A stretch of 64,000 nucleotides of DNA. Source: Pseudomonadota bacterium. GTDB taxonomy: Bacteria; Bdellovibrionota; UBA1018; CAIMNF01. The position numbers and the translations under genes are program-made. The notes beneath the pieces are model-generated. The model was given only the letters and a program-made list of their open reading frames with translations. It did not search any database and had not been told where the DNA came from. Of this stretch, positions 18,223 through 27,709 are shown one piece after another; position 1 is the stretch's first letter, and each line of letters opens with the position of its first letter. The stretch lies in contig JAIXWV010000037.1 in the NCBI GenBank assembly GCA_027491115.1, positions 3,048 to 67,047 of the forward strand, in the 5' to 3' direction.

Positions 18223-19155
18223 ATGTTGCGCCAGAACTCCAATCCCGATTTTCTCAAGGGGCTCATTGCCGGAGCCTCGACCGGAATCTTTTGGGGATTG
18301 CCCTTCTTGGCTCCTCAGGTTCTTTCTGGGTTCAGTGCTCTTGAGATCGCATTCGGGCGATTTTTTTTCTTCGGATGGGTGAGCCTGGGCTTTCTTGGCT
18401 CCGTTCGTCGGATCTGGATCGGCTTGGCTCTTTCAGACAGAGTGAAGCTGGTTCTTTTGAGTGCTGGAGGATTTTGGGCGTACTCGATCGCGCTCTTCTG
18501 GGGCATCCAACGGACCGACGGGATCGTTTCCTCTTTGATTCTCGGGCTATTACCCATCACCATCCCCCTGTTTGGAGGGGGGAGGACGGCCAGGGGGCTA
18601 CGGGTCCTGCCAGGGCTCTTTATGATCTTTTTGGGCTTGGTCGTCCTGGTTCTGATTCCGTGGATTCGTCAGGGAGGGGAGCTCAGGGTCCATGATCCTC
18701 TCGGAACTTTGGTGTTGATGGGTTGCCTAGCTTCGTGGACCTGGTATGCCATCGCGAATGGAAATTTTTTGCGGACCCATCCATGGATTTCAGGAAAAGA
18801 CCTATCCAGTGTGATGGGAGTGACCTCTCTGATTTTCATGGTTCCGCTCTTGTTCGCTTTCTCAGACCCAGTGGGAATTGTTTCCCGACCCGGGGCTGGA
18901 GGGTACCTGGCGGTCGCGGCCGGGCTCGGTATCGGTTCTTCGTGGTTTGCGAATTGGCTCTGGAATTACTGTTCAACCAGGGTGCCGTATTCGATCGCGG
19001 GGACCTTACTTGTTTTCGAAACGGTCTTCGGACTGTTGTACAGCTTCCTGTATGAAAAACGATGGCCACTCGTTCATGAGACCGTGGCCATCGTTCTATG
19101 TTTGATGGGTGTGGTGTGGTCGGTCGTCGCTCAGCTCGAACGGGATCCCGACTGA
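18223..19155 (+). CDS. EamA/DMT-superfamily transporter
   Basis: About 10 predicted TM helices in two EamA-like halves. ATG at 18223, one codon inside the TTG-initiated ORF listed in the track. Confidence 0.8.
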   Translation: MLRQNSNPDFLKGLIAGASTGIFWGLPFLAPQVLSGFSALEIAFGRFFFFGWVSLGFLGSVRRIWIGLALSDRVKLVLLSAGGFWAYSIALFWGIQRTDGIVSSLILGLLPITIPLFGGGRTARGLRVLPGLFMIFLGLVVLVLIPWIRQGGELRVHDPLGTLVLMGCLASWTWYAIANGNFLRTHPWISGKDLSSVMGVTSLIFMVPLLFAFSDPVGIVSRPGAGGYLAVAAGLGIGSSWFANWLWNYCSTRVPYSIAGTLLVFETVFGLLYSFLYEKRWPLVHETVAIVLCLMGVVWSVVAQLERDPD

Positions 19156-20810
19156 CCTTCCAGTGTGTTTTTCAACATCTGAACCGAAGCCCGAAGCTGG
19201 GTAGCCTGCTTGGAAAGCCGCTCGGCAGCGGCCGACGACTCTTGTGATGCAGCAGTGTTTTGGTTGGTGATTTGATTCAATTGGATCATGGCCTTGTTGA
19301 TTTCGATCACGCCACGACTCTGCTCTTGTGAGCCCGCGCTGATCTCACTCACCATCTGGTTCACATTCAGAGCTCCGTCGACGATCTCGTCGAGTACCTC
19401 ACCACACTGACGGGCCACTTGGGTACCGGCAGCGACTTTTTCACGCCCTGAACTCATGAGGGTCTCGACCTTAGACTTGGTCTCTTCCACAATCACTTCG
19501 ACGCGAGAGATGCTCTTCTCGAGAATCTGTGTGATTTCAGAAGCGGCTGTGCCGCTCATCTGGGCAAGATTACCGACTTCCTCGGCTACGACTGCGAATC
19601 CTTTTCCGTGTTCTCCTGCGCGGGCTGCCTCCACCGAGGCGTTGAAAGAGAGGAGCTTGGTCTGGAACACAATCTCATTGATGACCTTGGTCTTGTTCCC
19701 GATGTCGGCAATGACCTTTGCGATCTCGCTCATTTGACGGTTGCTTTCGTCCACTTGAACCATGATTTCATTATTGCTTTGGTCGATCTGCTCGATCGAT
19801 TGGATCATGTCATTGACCACATGCTTGCCGCGTTCGGCGTTTTGTTGGCTCCCATTGGCGATGCCTTGCGATTTCATCGCATTCTCGGCATTGCGGCTGA
19901 CCATAGCGCTCATTTCTTCCATGGATGCTGAGGTTTCTTCGAGGGCTGCTGCCTGTTCTGAAACTCCTGAATTGAGCTGGGTGCTGGTCGACGCGATCTG
20001 GGCCGACATGGCTGCAACCTCTTCGGCCGCTCCCGAGAGATTGTTCGCCAATTGAGAAAGTCCTGCGATTGGACGTCTGATGATCAGGAACGCCAGTGCC
20101 AGTGCAATACTAGTCATGATCGTGCCCCATAGAAGGATGTTTGTGATGGCGTTATTGATACTGGCTTTGATTGGGCCGAGGCTCGAGATAATGGTAAACG
20201 TCCCGCGAAGATCTTTGTCTTTTTGGTCCTCCATCGCGTAACCAAGAATGTCCTTCCCGTTCTTCCAAGGACTGGTGGATGGATGGCCATGACAGGTGAG
20301 GCACCCTTGCTTCTCTGAAATTCTGATAGGTCGGGTGACTTTCAAAAATTTTCCGTCGGAGGTCACTTCCACATGCTCGGTATAGGCTTCATCCTTGCGA
20401 AAACGTTCAATCAAGTTTGTTTCTTCCGGGGTTGACTGGTTTTCTTTGTTGCGAGGTTGGTCCGAGGCAATCTTAAACTTGTAGTTTTCTTTTTCTGCGC
20501 CGATCTCACCGATCTTCATGGCTGCAAAGATCGGAACGCTCTTCAGTACTTTTAACTTTTGTTCATCGCTGATTTTGCCATCTGGAAATTTCCTTACAGT
20601 ATCTGCCACGACTGCGTCGAGAGTATCCATTTGAGCAACATAACTTGCACCGACTTCAAGCCTGGAAAGAATCGCCCGAGACTTTTCCACCAGAGCGTCT
20701 TCTCCCTGCTCCCTCAGCTTGTTTGAAGCGATCAGGATGGCTGCCGCAGTACAAACTGCGCAAGCGGCGGCAATGGTCAACAGCATTCGGTTTCTGAAGT
20801 TCAGTTTCAT
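19131..20810 (-). CDS. Methyl-accepting chemotaxis protein with extracytoplasmic CxxCH (c-type haem, DUF3365/Tll0287-like) sensor domain
   Basis: The layout is TM1, then a roughly 200-aa periplasmic region containing GCLTCHGHP...[14 protein letters not shown], then TM2. The signalling hairpin core is [26 protein letters not shown]. Confidence 0.9.
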   Translation of the reverse strand: MKLNFRNRMLLTIAAACAVCTAAAILIASNKLREQGEDALVEKSRAILSRLEVGASYVAQMDTLDAVVADTVRKFPDGKISDEQKLKVLKSVPIFAAMKIGEIGAEKENYKFKIASDQPRNKENQSTPEETNLIERFRKDEAYTEHVEVTSDGKFLKVTRPIRISEKQGCLTCHGHPSTSPWKNGKDILGYAMEDQKDKDLRGTFTIISSLGPIKASINNAITNILLWGTIMTSIALALAFLIIRRPIAGLSQLANNLSGAAEEVAAMSAQIASTSTQLNSGVSEQAAALEETSASMEEMSAMVSRNAENAMKSQGIANGSQQNAERGKHVVNDMIQSIEQIDQSNNEIMVQVDESNRQMSEIAKVIADIGNKTKVINEIVFQTKLLSFNASVEAARAGEHGKGFAVVAEEVGNLAQMSGTAASEITQILEKSISRVEVIVEETKSKVETLMSSGREKVAAGTQVARQCGEVLDEIVDGALNVNQMVSEISAGSQEQSRGVIEINKAMIQLNQITNQNTAASQESSAAAERLSKQATQLRASVQMLKNTLEGQSGSRSS

Positions 20811-20951
20811 CGGTACCCTCTTTATAGATCATTGAACTCTTCGGAGTGAAAGTCACTGATGTTGAATGGTTTTTCCTGTTTTATGTGTCGAAACTGCCTG
20901 CTCAGAACACTTAATGTGTGGCGTTATTTATTTTTTGTGTACATTTAAAGA

Positions 20952-21617
20952 GTGATTAAAGATTTCAATGATGGGATTTCTCATGACGTAGGTATAGATG
21001 CCGTCATTCTTGATTTGGGAGGCGTGATCGTTCCGCTTGATTACAGTCGAACCCAACGTTTATTTGCTGAACGTTTTGTAGGTGTCTCCTCTGAGACATT
21101 TTGTGGCGGAAAGTTTCAAGATGAGGTGTTCAATCGATATGAGACGGGAGGAATGGATTCCGAGGACTTTCGAATGAGTTTTCGCGATCGTTTCGGGCAT
21201 CCAGCTGATTCAGTTTGGTTCAGAGATGCTTGGAATTCCATGATTTTGTCACTTCCCCCAGAGCGAATCGAGTGGTTGAGGCGCCTCAGGAGTCGGACGC
21301 GGCTCTTTCTCTATTCCAACATTAACGCCATTCATTTTGATTATCTGAATCGTCTTTATTCGGAGCTCGCGCCGGGTTGTTTTTCCGACTTGTTCGAAAA
21401 AGCGTACTTTTCACATATTTTCGGGACACGAAAGCCAGACCCAGTAGGGTTTCTCACGATCATCCAGGAGAACGGGCTCATGCCTTCACGAACACTGTTC
21501 GTGGATGATGGCCTCCACCATGTTGAGGGGGCTCGGGTTGCAGGTCTTCGGGGAGAGCATCTCAAGCCACCTGAAACCATCGAAGAACTGATCCGTCGAA
21601 TCGGGGTGATGAATTGA
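20952..21617 (+). CDS. HAD-superfamily hydrolase (subfamily IA-like)
   Basis: Motif I variant VILDLGGVIV, later SNIN, and a C-terminal FVDDG motif. The start is GTG and there is no earlier in-frame ATG. Confidence 0.75.
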   Translation: MIKDFNDGISHDVGIDAVILDLGGVIVPLDYSRTQRLFAERFVGVSSETFCGGKFQDEVFNRYETGGMDSEDFRMSFRDRFGHPADSVWFRDAWNSMILSLPPERIEWLRRLRSRTRLFLYSNINAIHFDYLNRLYSELAPGCFSDLFEKAYFSHIFGTRKPDPVGFLTIIQENGLMPSRTLFVDDGLHHVEGARVAGLRGEHLKPPETIEELIRRIGVMN

Positions 21618-21661
21618 TTTGCGCGGGTGACCGGCTCCGGATCCGGTATCAGTGCAAAAAG

Positions 21662-21739
21662 TGGCGTCTCCTAGAGGATTCGAACCTCTGACCTTTAGCT
21701 CCGGAGGCTAACGCTCTATCCAGGCTGAGCTAAGGAGAC
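21662..21739 (-). tRNA. tRNA-Arg (anticodon CCG), CCA encoded
   Basis: The reverse complement folds as a cloverleaf: acceptor GTCTCCT/AGGAGAC, anticodon stem TTAGC/GCTAA with loop CTCCGGA, T-arm AGAGG-TTCGAAT-CCTCT, 3' GCCA. Confidence 0.9.
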
Positions 21740-21857
21740 TTGTTGCTGACGCTACCACCCTTGTCCGGTGAGGACAATAGTCAGAACGTTGTGCGGTGCG
21801 ACACTGGCGCTGGGTTGACATCTGCCTGGACGGACCCATTAAAGGTGGCGAGGATCC

Positions 21858-22292
21858 ATGGAAACTTACGCACCGTGCCCGTCGTGTCGCCGTTTGAATC
21901 GCATCTCCGTCGGCCCTGAGGCGAGAAGGCCGGTTTGCGGAGTCTGTAAGACCGAGATCTCGATGTACTCGCAAGTGGTCGAGGTGGATGCTGTCGGACT
22001 TCAAAAGCTGATTCAAAAATCCCCCCTTCCTGTAGTGGTCGATTTTTGGGCGCCTTGGTGTGGTCCCTGCAGGATGTTCGCTCCAACGTTTGAGCAGGCT
22101 TCTCGGGACTTGAGTGGGCGTTTTGTCTTCGCCAAACTCAATACCGAGGCCCACCCAGAGGGAGCTGCCCCTTTCGGGATCCGGAGTATTCCAACGTTGA
22201 TGGTGTTTCATAACGGGAATGAGATAAAGCGGCAAAGTGGAGCCGCTCCATTGGAGGCATTCAAGGCGTGGCTGGTTCAAGGTTCAGTATGA
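21858..22292 (+). CDS. trxC: Thioredoxin 2 (N-terminal zinc-finger thioredoxin)
   Basis: N-terminal CPSC...CGVC zinc finger followed by VVDFWAPWCGPCR. Confidence 0.9.
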   Translation: METYAPCPSCRRLNRISVGPEARRPVCGVCKTEISMYSQVVEVDAVGLQKLIQKSPLPVVVDFWAPWCGPCRMFAPTFEQASRDLSGRFVFAKLNTEAHPEGAAPFGIRSIPTLMVFHNGNEIKRQSGAAPLEAFKAWLVQGSV

Positions 22293-22849
22293 TTCGTTTT
22301 TTGACTGCATTGTTTCTGTTCACTCCGGGGGTGACCATGGCGATTGAAGAACCTAAATTCAAGATTTTGAAAGAGGATGGCGAATACAGTCTTCGACAGT
22401 ACGAAAAGACAGTGGTGGCCGAGACCCGCGTCGAAGCGGAGTTCGAGGTTGCGGGAAATAGCGCCTTTCGACGTTTGGCCGGATATATTTTTGGAAGAAA
22501 CTCCGATCAATCCAAAATTGCGATGACGGCACCGGTCGGGATGGAGAAAGAGGGGGACGGTTACCGGGTTCAATTCACCATGCCTGCGTCTTGGACCCTA
22601 GAGAGACTGCCGAGTCCTGACGAGCCCTTAGTGAAAATCAGGCAATTGGATGCACGCATGATGGCAGTGATCCGATACAGCGGCGGGTGGTCGCAAGAGC
22701 GGTACCTCGAGCACGAAGCATTGTTGAAGAAATGGATAGAAAAAAACGGACTCAGGCCGATCGGGGCTCCGGTGTTCGCCCGATACAACTCGCCATGGAC
22801 GCTGTGGTTCTTGAGGCGGAACGAGGTACTGTTTCCAGTTTCGAACTGA
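22289..22849 (+). CDS. SOUL haem-binding family protein, secreted
   Basis: The ATG at 22289 overlaps the trxC stop (ATGA) and gives the signal peptide MIRFLTALFLFTPGVTMA. SOUL-type segments are EEPKFKIL..YSLRQY, AFRRLAGYIFG and KIAMTAPV. Confidence 0.8.
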   Translation: MIRFLTALFLFTPGVTMAIEEPKFKILKEDGEYSLRQYEKTVVAETRVEAEFEVAGNSAFRRLAGYIFGRNSDQSKIAMTAPVGMEKEGDGYRVQFTMPASWTLERLPSPDEPLVKIRQLDARMMAVIRYSGGWSQERYLEHEALLKKWIEKNGLRPIGAPVFARYNSPWTLWFLRRNEVLFPVSN

Positions 22850-22870
22850 CCAGAAGGCGTCAGAGTGCGG

Positions 22871-23326
22871 TTAAATGCGCTTGGAGCAAACGAGAAAAAC
22901 CGAAAAACTCTTCACTGCCTCACCTTTGATGGTCTTCCCTGCAACAGACACGGTGAATGGTTTCAGCTTCCCGGTGAAACCGCGCTCGCCCTTGGATCCT
23001 TCGTGGCGCAAGGGTGCCAAATCCACCTCGTGTTCCGACGGGCAGAGCGTCTTGAAGATGGCCATCTTCACTTCACCCTCAGAGTTGAAAGCACCTTGGA
23101 ATTCTAACGACTTACTACCGGAGTAGAGCAACGATTGGATGAATGCGGCAGACTCTCCAACGATCCGGGCATCTTCCGCCTCAACCACTTGAGCCGGGAC
23201 CTTCACTCGGATGAAGGTATCGAAGTTCAAGGAAGCTTTCTCTGTGACCCACTTTTCGGAAGGTGCTGCAAGGGCAGAAGCGGCAATGAGTCCGGAAACT
23301 AGGGAAATCGAAAGAAGATGTTTCAT
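22871..23326 (-). CDS. Secreted hypothetical protein
   Basis: 151 aa with a clear signal peptide (LVSGLIAASALAAP). ATGA overlap with the upstream alkylation-repair gene. Confidence 0.55.
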   Translation of the reverse strand: MKHLLSISLVSGLIAASALAAPSEKWVTEKASLNFDTFIRVKVPAQVVEAEDARIVGESAAFIQSLLYSGSKSLEFQGAFNSEGEVKMAIFKTLCPSEHEVDLAPLRHEGSKGERGFTGKLKPFTVSVAGKTIKGEAVKSFSVFLVCSKRI

Positions 23327-24072
23327 GTCAATTTCGTATCGAATCCCGGGTCGGATTGCAAGCGGACGGATGCTTTGAGCCAGCGTTTCCGTTCAGGCTC
23401 GGGCAAACGCTCGATCGCATAGCGAAGCATGGTCCGTGGCATTCGGCCCGCGTTTTCCTTGAGAAACCTACGGAGCACTGCCGGACTTCGCTTGCCCGCC
23501 TCCCTCAGCATCCATCCCGAGGCCTTGTGGATCAGGTCCTCCCGGTCCTCCAAGACCGAGGCGCAGGCGATCTGGACGTGTTCGAAATCGCCTTTCCTTA
23601 TAGAATGGAAGGTGCTCAGAATGGCGATCCTACGGTCCCAAAGTTTTTTGGAACTGAGGAGCTTTTTGAATGCGGCGACCATGAATGGGGCCCGTCGATA
23701 AAGGGAGGGGCCCAGAAGATCCGGGACCGAAACATCAATCAGGTCCCAGTTGTTCGCGTAGACCTTGGCTTGGAGAAAAGCCTTGGCGATCTTGTCTTGT
23801 CCTGCTTCAGTGCTTTTTTCGCTCTCGTACACCCAAACCAGAAGCGCTACCATTCGCTCCTCGTGGAAGGGGCTTTTGAGGAGGGTTTTGTGTCGTGCGG
23901 GAGTCAGTGCCCCGCGATGGGTTTTGACGTAATCGCGGAGTACGGGCATCCGGATTCCGAGGAAGCGGTCTCCCTCTCCGTATTCACCCGTACCGGTTTT
24001 GAAAAAACTGGACGAGACCCTGGCCTGTTCGGGGTTCGCTAAGAGTCTGAGAGAGGGAAGATTCGGGCTCAT
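23323..24072 (-). CDS. DNA alkylation repair protein (AlkD-like HEAT-repeat family)
   Basis: 249 aa. FFKTGTGEYGEGDRFLGIRMPVLR and the helical-repeat layout are typical of the DNA_alkylation family. Confidence 0.75.
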   Translation of the reverse strand: MSPNLPSLRLLANPEQARVSSSFFKTGTGEYGEGDRFLGIRMPVLRDYVKTHRGALTPARHKTLLKSPFHEERMVALLVWVYESEKSTEAGQDKIAKAFLQAKVYANNWDLIDVSVPDLLGPSLYRRAPFMVAAFKKLLSSKKLWDRRIAILSTFHSIRKGDFEHVQIACASVLEDREDLIHKASGWMLREAGKRSPAVLRRFLKENAGRMPRTMLRYAIERLPEPERKRWLKASVRLQSDPGFDTKLT

Positions 24073-24196
24073 TACCGGTTATTGTGTAAGAGTCCCGTGC
24101 AGGAGGCAAGATGGGCCCCTTTTGTGAAACGCGTCGCATTATTTCAAAACAATACTGGACGAAAGTCTCGTAAACTGAGAAGACTTGAGCTTTCAG

Positions 24197-27100
24197 ATGA
24201 CGAATCCTCAATCTCCAACGGGTCACCCTCGTCGCAACCGGCATCGTCGCGGCAGAAGAGGGGGTCCGAAGCAACCTCGAGCCCCCATTCCGGGGCAGGA
24301 TGCAACCGAGGACCAGGCGCTTCTAGAGGGCGGTCCGGTCGAAGGTGAGCTGGCATCCGAGCAGATCTCCGAAATCGACGGAGAGACTGCCCCTGAATCC
24401 ATGGGTGAGCCAGAAGCTCGCGACCCTGCACAGCCTCAGGCACCGGCCCAGGCGGGCGGTGGCAAGAATCATTCACGGCCCTCGCACAACAAATCGGGTC
24501 TCGAGCAACGTTGCATCCGGAACTTCCCCAGGGGGGTGTTGATCCGAGGAAGAGACTACTTCCGCTCCGGTTACGTTTCGGACGTGAGTCAAATGGGGAA
24601 TGCATTTTCTCTCACCGTCCAAGGCAAAGGCGAGAAGTACCACGTTTGGGTGGATTTCACTCAAGCATCCGCTTCGGGATCGCTTGAGGCTCGCTGTACC
24701 TGTCCGTTTTATGCAGGCGGGGCTCTTTGCAAACACTTGTGGGCCGCAGTGATCCAGCTCGAGCGTTCGGGACTTTCAGAAAAAGTCGGTGGTTCCGGTC
24801 CGCTCAAGATCCTGCTCGAGGGTGGCAAAGCGCCTCTGCGTTCCAAGCCCCAGGAAGGCCAGCAATCCGGAGGGGTGATTCAACCTCGGACCGTTGTCCC
24901 CACAGAAAAGTGGATGGAGCGATTGGATCTCATGCAGGGTAAGTTCGTGCAGGCTTCACGTAGGCTCGGAGGTAATTTCTTTGCTGCCTTTGTGATTCAT
25001 GCCGCTGAGACCAACGCCTCCGGAAAACTCGTGCTTGATTTTTGGAACCGTCGGAAAGGCATTCACGGAGAAGCCGGACCGCTCCGTCCCGCTCGAGCGC
25101 CGGAACGTGACTTCCAGCATTTTTTTGCCGATTCGTCCGATCAAGAGTTGGTGGCCTTGCTGGCCCGGACAGGAAATCCGAAAACCGTGAATTCTTTCGG
25201 TAGTCCGTGCACACGGTTCACATTGGACCTGATTCTCGAGAACCAGGTACTCAGCACCCTGACCTCGGTTGGAAAACTCTTCATTTCACGCTCGCCTAAT
25301 GGTTCGCCAGACAACGCGGAGCGGCCGCTCCGTATGGATCGTGGAAAAGCCTGGGATCTTGAGCTCAGGATCGATGCACTCGGATCCGCTTACCGGCTCG
25401 AAGGCGTACTGAGACGAGACGACGAGGTGAAGCCGATCAACGAGCCGGTGTCCGTCCTCAGGTCCGGGCACTTGCTGTTCGGCGATCGGGTGAGCCGTCT
25501 TGCTGAACCCAAGCATGCTTCTTGGCTGATTCACCTTCGCGGCGGGGACTTTGTGGTTCCCCAGGATCAAGGAGATCTCCTACTCAAGAAAATTCTCACT
25601 GATCCGAACGCTCCCAAGATTACCTGGCCCGAGGGGATGGGCTGGAAGCGCACGACCATCCAGCCAAGACCCAAAGGGGTTTTCCGTCCTCTTGGAAACG
25701 ATCCTTCGACCGGCCGCATGACCCTGACGGTCAGCTTTGACTATGCCGGGCATGAGATCACGCTTGCAGATGAAGTGGATCAGATCCTCGATCTCGAGCA
25801 TTTCCAGGTTTATTCCCGGGATCGCGAATTCGAAGAAGCAACCCTGACCCAAGCGCTCGAAATCCTGATGGATCCGACCGGAACCATACCCATGAGCGGA
25901 CTGCAGCGAGCTGCAACTGAGCTTGGTGAAAGCGGGTGGGTGGTCTACATCGAGGGTAAGCGGGTTGTGGTGGCCGATGATTTTGCCATTCAGGTGAGTT
26001 CATCCACTGACTGGTTCCAGGTCAGCATGGAGGCGACCTTCGGAGGCGACAAGATCCGCCAAGCGGATATCATTGCCGCTCTCGAAGCCAAAAGTTCTGT
26101 CGTCAAGCTCAAGGATGGAAGTGTCGGGATCCTTCCTGAGGAGTGGATCACCCGGTTCCAGACACTTCAGGGGATCGGAAAAAAAGCTGAAGACGGGACA
26201 CTCCGCTTCAGTGCCTCACAGGGGCTGCTTCTGAATGCCGCATTGGGGGATGACGAAGAAGTCCGGGGGGATACCGGCTTCACCACTTATCGTGAACGTA
26301 TTTTGAATTATGACCGCGTGAAGGCGGCCAAGGCCCCGACCGGTTTCAAGGGCAAGCTCCGCTCCTATCAAAAGGACGGACTCACCTGGCTCCGTTTCCT
26401 GCAGGATTTCCGCTCAGGTGGCATCCTGGCCGATGACATGGGTCTCGGAAAGACCATTCAGGTTCTGGCCTTTCTTCTCTCGCGCAAAAAAGACACCGAG
26501 TTGCCAAGCTTGGTGGTGGCCCCGAAGAGTCTGGTGTTCAACTGGATCGATGAGGCCCAGAAGTTCGCTCCGACTCTGAAGGTCGTCCAGTACGCCGGAG
26601 GGGGACGCCAGAAAGTGGAGAAGGAGATCGCTTCGGCTGATCTCGTGGTCACTACCTACGGGACCCTTCGTACGGATATCGAGAAGCTCCGGGAAATTCA
26701 GTTCGATGTGGCAGTCATCGACGAGGCCCAATTCATCAAGAATCCCCGTTCTCAGTCTGCAATTGCGTGCAAGCAACTGAAAGCCTCTTACCGGATTGCC
26801 CTCACCGGGACGCCGATCGAAAATTCCATTCGGGATCTGCTTTCGATCCTCGAGTTCTCCAATCCAGATTTGCTCGAGCTCCCGAATCCGGAAGATCTGT
26901 CTAAAGACCTTCAAGGGACCCTCGCGAGATTGCTGAAGCCCTTCATGCTCCGTCGGACCAAAGAGGCCGTATTGACCGAGCTCCCCGAAATGACCGAGCA
27001 GGTTCTGTTCTGTGAACTGAATCAGGAAGAAGGCGATTACTATGCCGCTGTTCGCGAGCGCTACCGTCAGTCCATTGAAGAGTCGGTCAAAGAGAACGGT

Positions 27101-27709
27101 CTAGGGAAGTCCAAGATCCATGTCCTCGAGGCCTTGCTCAGGCTCCGTCAGGCGGCTTGCCATGCCGGTCTGATCGACGAGGCCAAATTGAAGGAGCAAA
27201 GCTCCAAGCTTGAACTCCTGTTGACCCGTCTGAAAGAACTCATTGCCGAGGGGCACAAAGCACTGGTGTTTTCACAGTTCACCAGTCTGCTCTCGATCGT
27301 CCGTTCCACCCTCGAAGCCGAGGGAATCCAGTACGAATACCTCGACGGGCAGACCACGGATCGTAAGACTCCGGTCGAACGCTTCCAGAATGATCCGTCC
27401 AAATCCGTATTCCTGATCAGCCTTAAGGCCGGAGGCACCGGTTTGAATCTGACTGCCGCAGACTATGTGTTCATCCTCGATCCTTGGTGGAATCCTGCGG
27501 TCGAAGCCCAAGCCATCGCCCGTGCGCACCGGATGGGTCAGACCAACCGGGTCTTCACTTACAGAATGGTGGCTAGAGGCACGGTGGAAGAGAAGATCCT
27601 CGAGCTGCAGCGTAAGAAGAAGGACCTCGCCGATGCGGTCATCGCCGAGGACACCGACTTCATGAAGAAACTATCGAAGCAGGATCTCGAGCAGTTGTTC
27701 CTCGATTAA
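24197..27709 (+). CDS. SNF2-family helicase with SWIM zinc finger and bacterial SNF2-associated middle region
   Basis: SWIM CTCPFYAGGALCKHLWA. SNF2 motifs are LADDMGLGKTIQ, DEAQFIKN and LTGTPIEN. The helicase C region is SLKAGGTGLNLTAADYVFILDPWWNPAVEAQAIARAHRMGQ. ATG at 24197; the ORF could also start at TTG 24185. Confidence 0.9.
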   Translation: MTNPQSPTGHPRRNRHRRGRRGGPKQPRAPIPGQDATEDQALLEGGPVEGELASEQISEIDGETAPESMGEPEARDPAQPQAPAQAGGGKNHSRPSHNKSGLEQRCIRNFPRGVLIRGRDYFRSGYVSDVSQMGNAFSLTVQGKGEKYHVWVDFTQASASGSLEARCTCPFYAGGALCKHLWAAVIQLERSGLSEKVGGSGPLKILLEGGKAPLRSKPQEGQQSGGVIQPRTVVPTEKWMERLDLMQGKFVQASRRLGGNFFAAFVIHAAETNASGKLVLDFWNRRKGIHGEAGPLRPARAPERDFQHFFADSSDQELVALLARTGNPKTVNSFGSPCTRFTLDLILENQVLSTLTSVGKLFISRSPNGSPDNAERPLRMDRGKAWDLELRIDALGSAYRLEGVLRRDDEVKPINEPVSVLRSGHLLFGDRVSRLAEPKHASWLIHLRGGDFVVPQDQGDLLLKKILTDPNAPKITWPEGMGWKRTTIQPRPKGVFRPLGNDPSTGRMTLTVSFDYAGHEITLADEVDQILDLEHFQVYSRDREFEEATLTQALEILMDPTGTIPMSGLQRAATELGESGWVVYIEGKRVVVADDFAIQVSSSTDWFQVSMEATFGGDKIRQADIIAALEAKSSVVKLKDGSVGILPEEWITRFQTLQGIGKKAEDGTLRFSASQGLLLNAALGDDEEVRGDTGFTTYRERILNYDRVKAAKAPTGFKGKLRSYQKDGLTWLRFLQDFRSGGILADDMGLGKTIQVLAFLLSRKKDTELPSLVVAPKSLVFNWIDEAQKFAPTLKVVQYAGGGRQKVEKEIASADLVVTTYGTLRTDIEKLREIQFDVAVIDEAQFIKNPRSQSAIACKQLKASYRIALTGTPIENSIRDLLSILEFSNPDLLELPNPEDLSKDLQGTLARLLKPFMLRRTKEAVLTELPEMTEQVLFCELNQEEGDYYAAVRERYRQSIEESVKENGLGKSKIHVLEALLRLRQAACHAGLIDEAKLKEQSSKLELLLTRLKELIAEGHKALVFSQFTSLLSIVRSTLEAEGIQYEYLDGQTTDRKTPVERFQNDPSKSVFLISLKAGGTGLNLTAADYVFILDPWWNPAVEAQAIARAHRMGQTNRVFTYRMVARGTVEEKILELQRKKKDLADAVIAEDTDFMKKLSKQDLEQLFLD

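Noticed and set aside
20811-20951. AT-rich 141-bp MCP/HAD divergent spacer with recurring ATGTGT/TTGTGT hexamers (20883-20888, 20914-20919, 20935-20940).
   Set aside because: The motifs are short and low-information in an AT-rich promoter region, with irregular spacing. They are insufficient to call a regulatory site or repeat element.
21618-21661. CCGGATCCGG palindrome and ACCGG...CCGGT repeat between the HAD gene and the tRNA-Arg 3' end, considered as a bidirectional terminator.
   Set aside because: The stem is short and there is no flanking T-tract on either strand. It is indistinguishable from chance in GC-rich DNA.
21815-21843. Possible trxC promoter: TTGACA, 17 nt, then ATTAAA.
   Set aside because: The -35 is perfect but the -10 matches consensus at only 3 of 6 positions and lacks the invariant final T. 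This is too weak to report as a feature.
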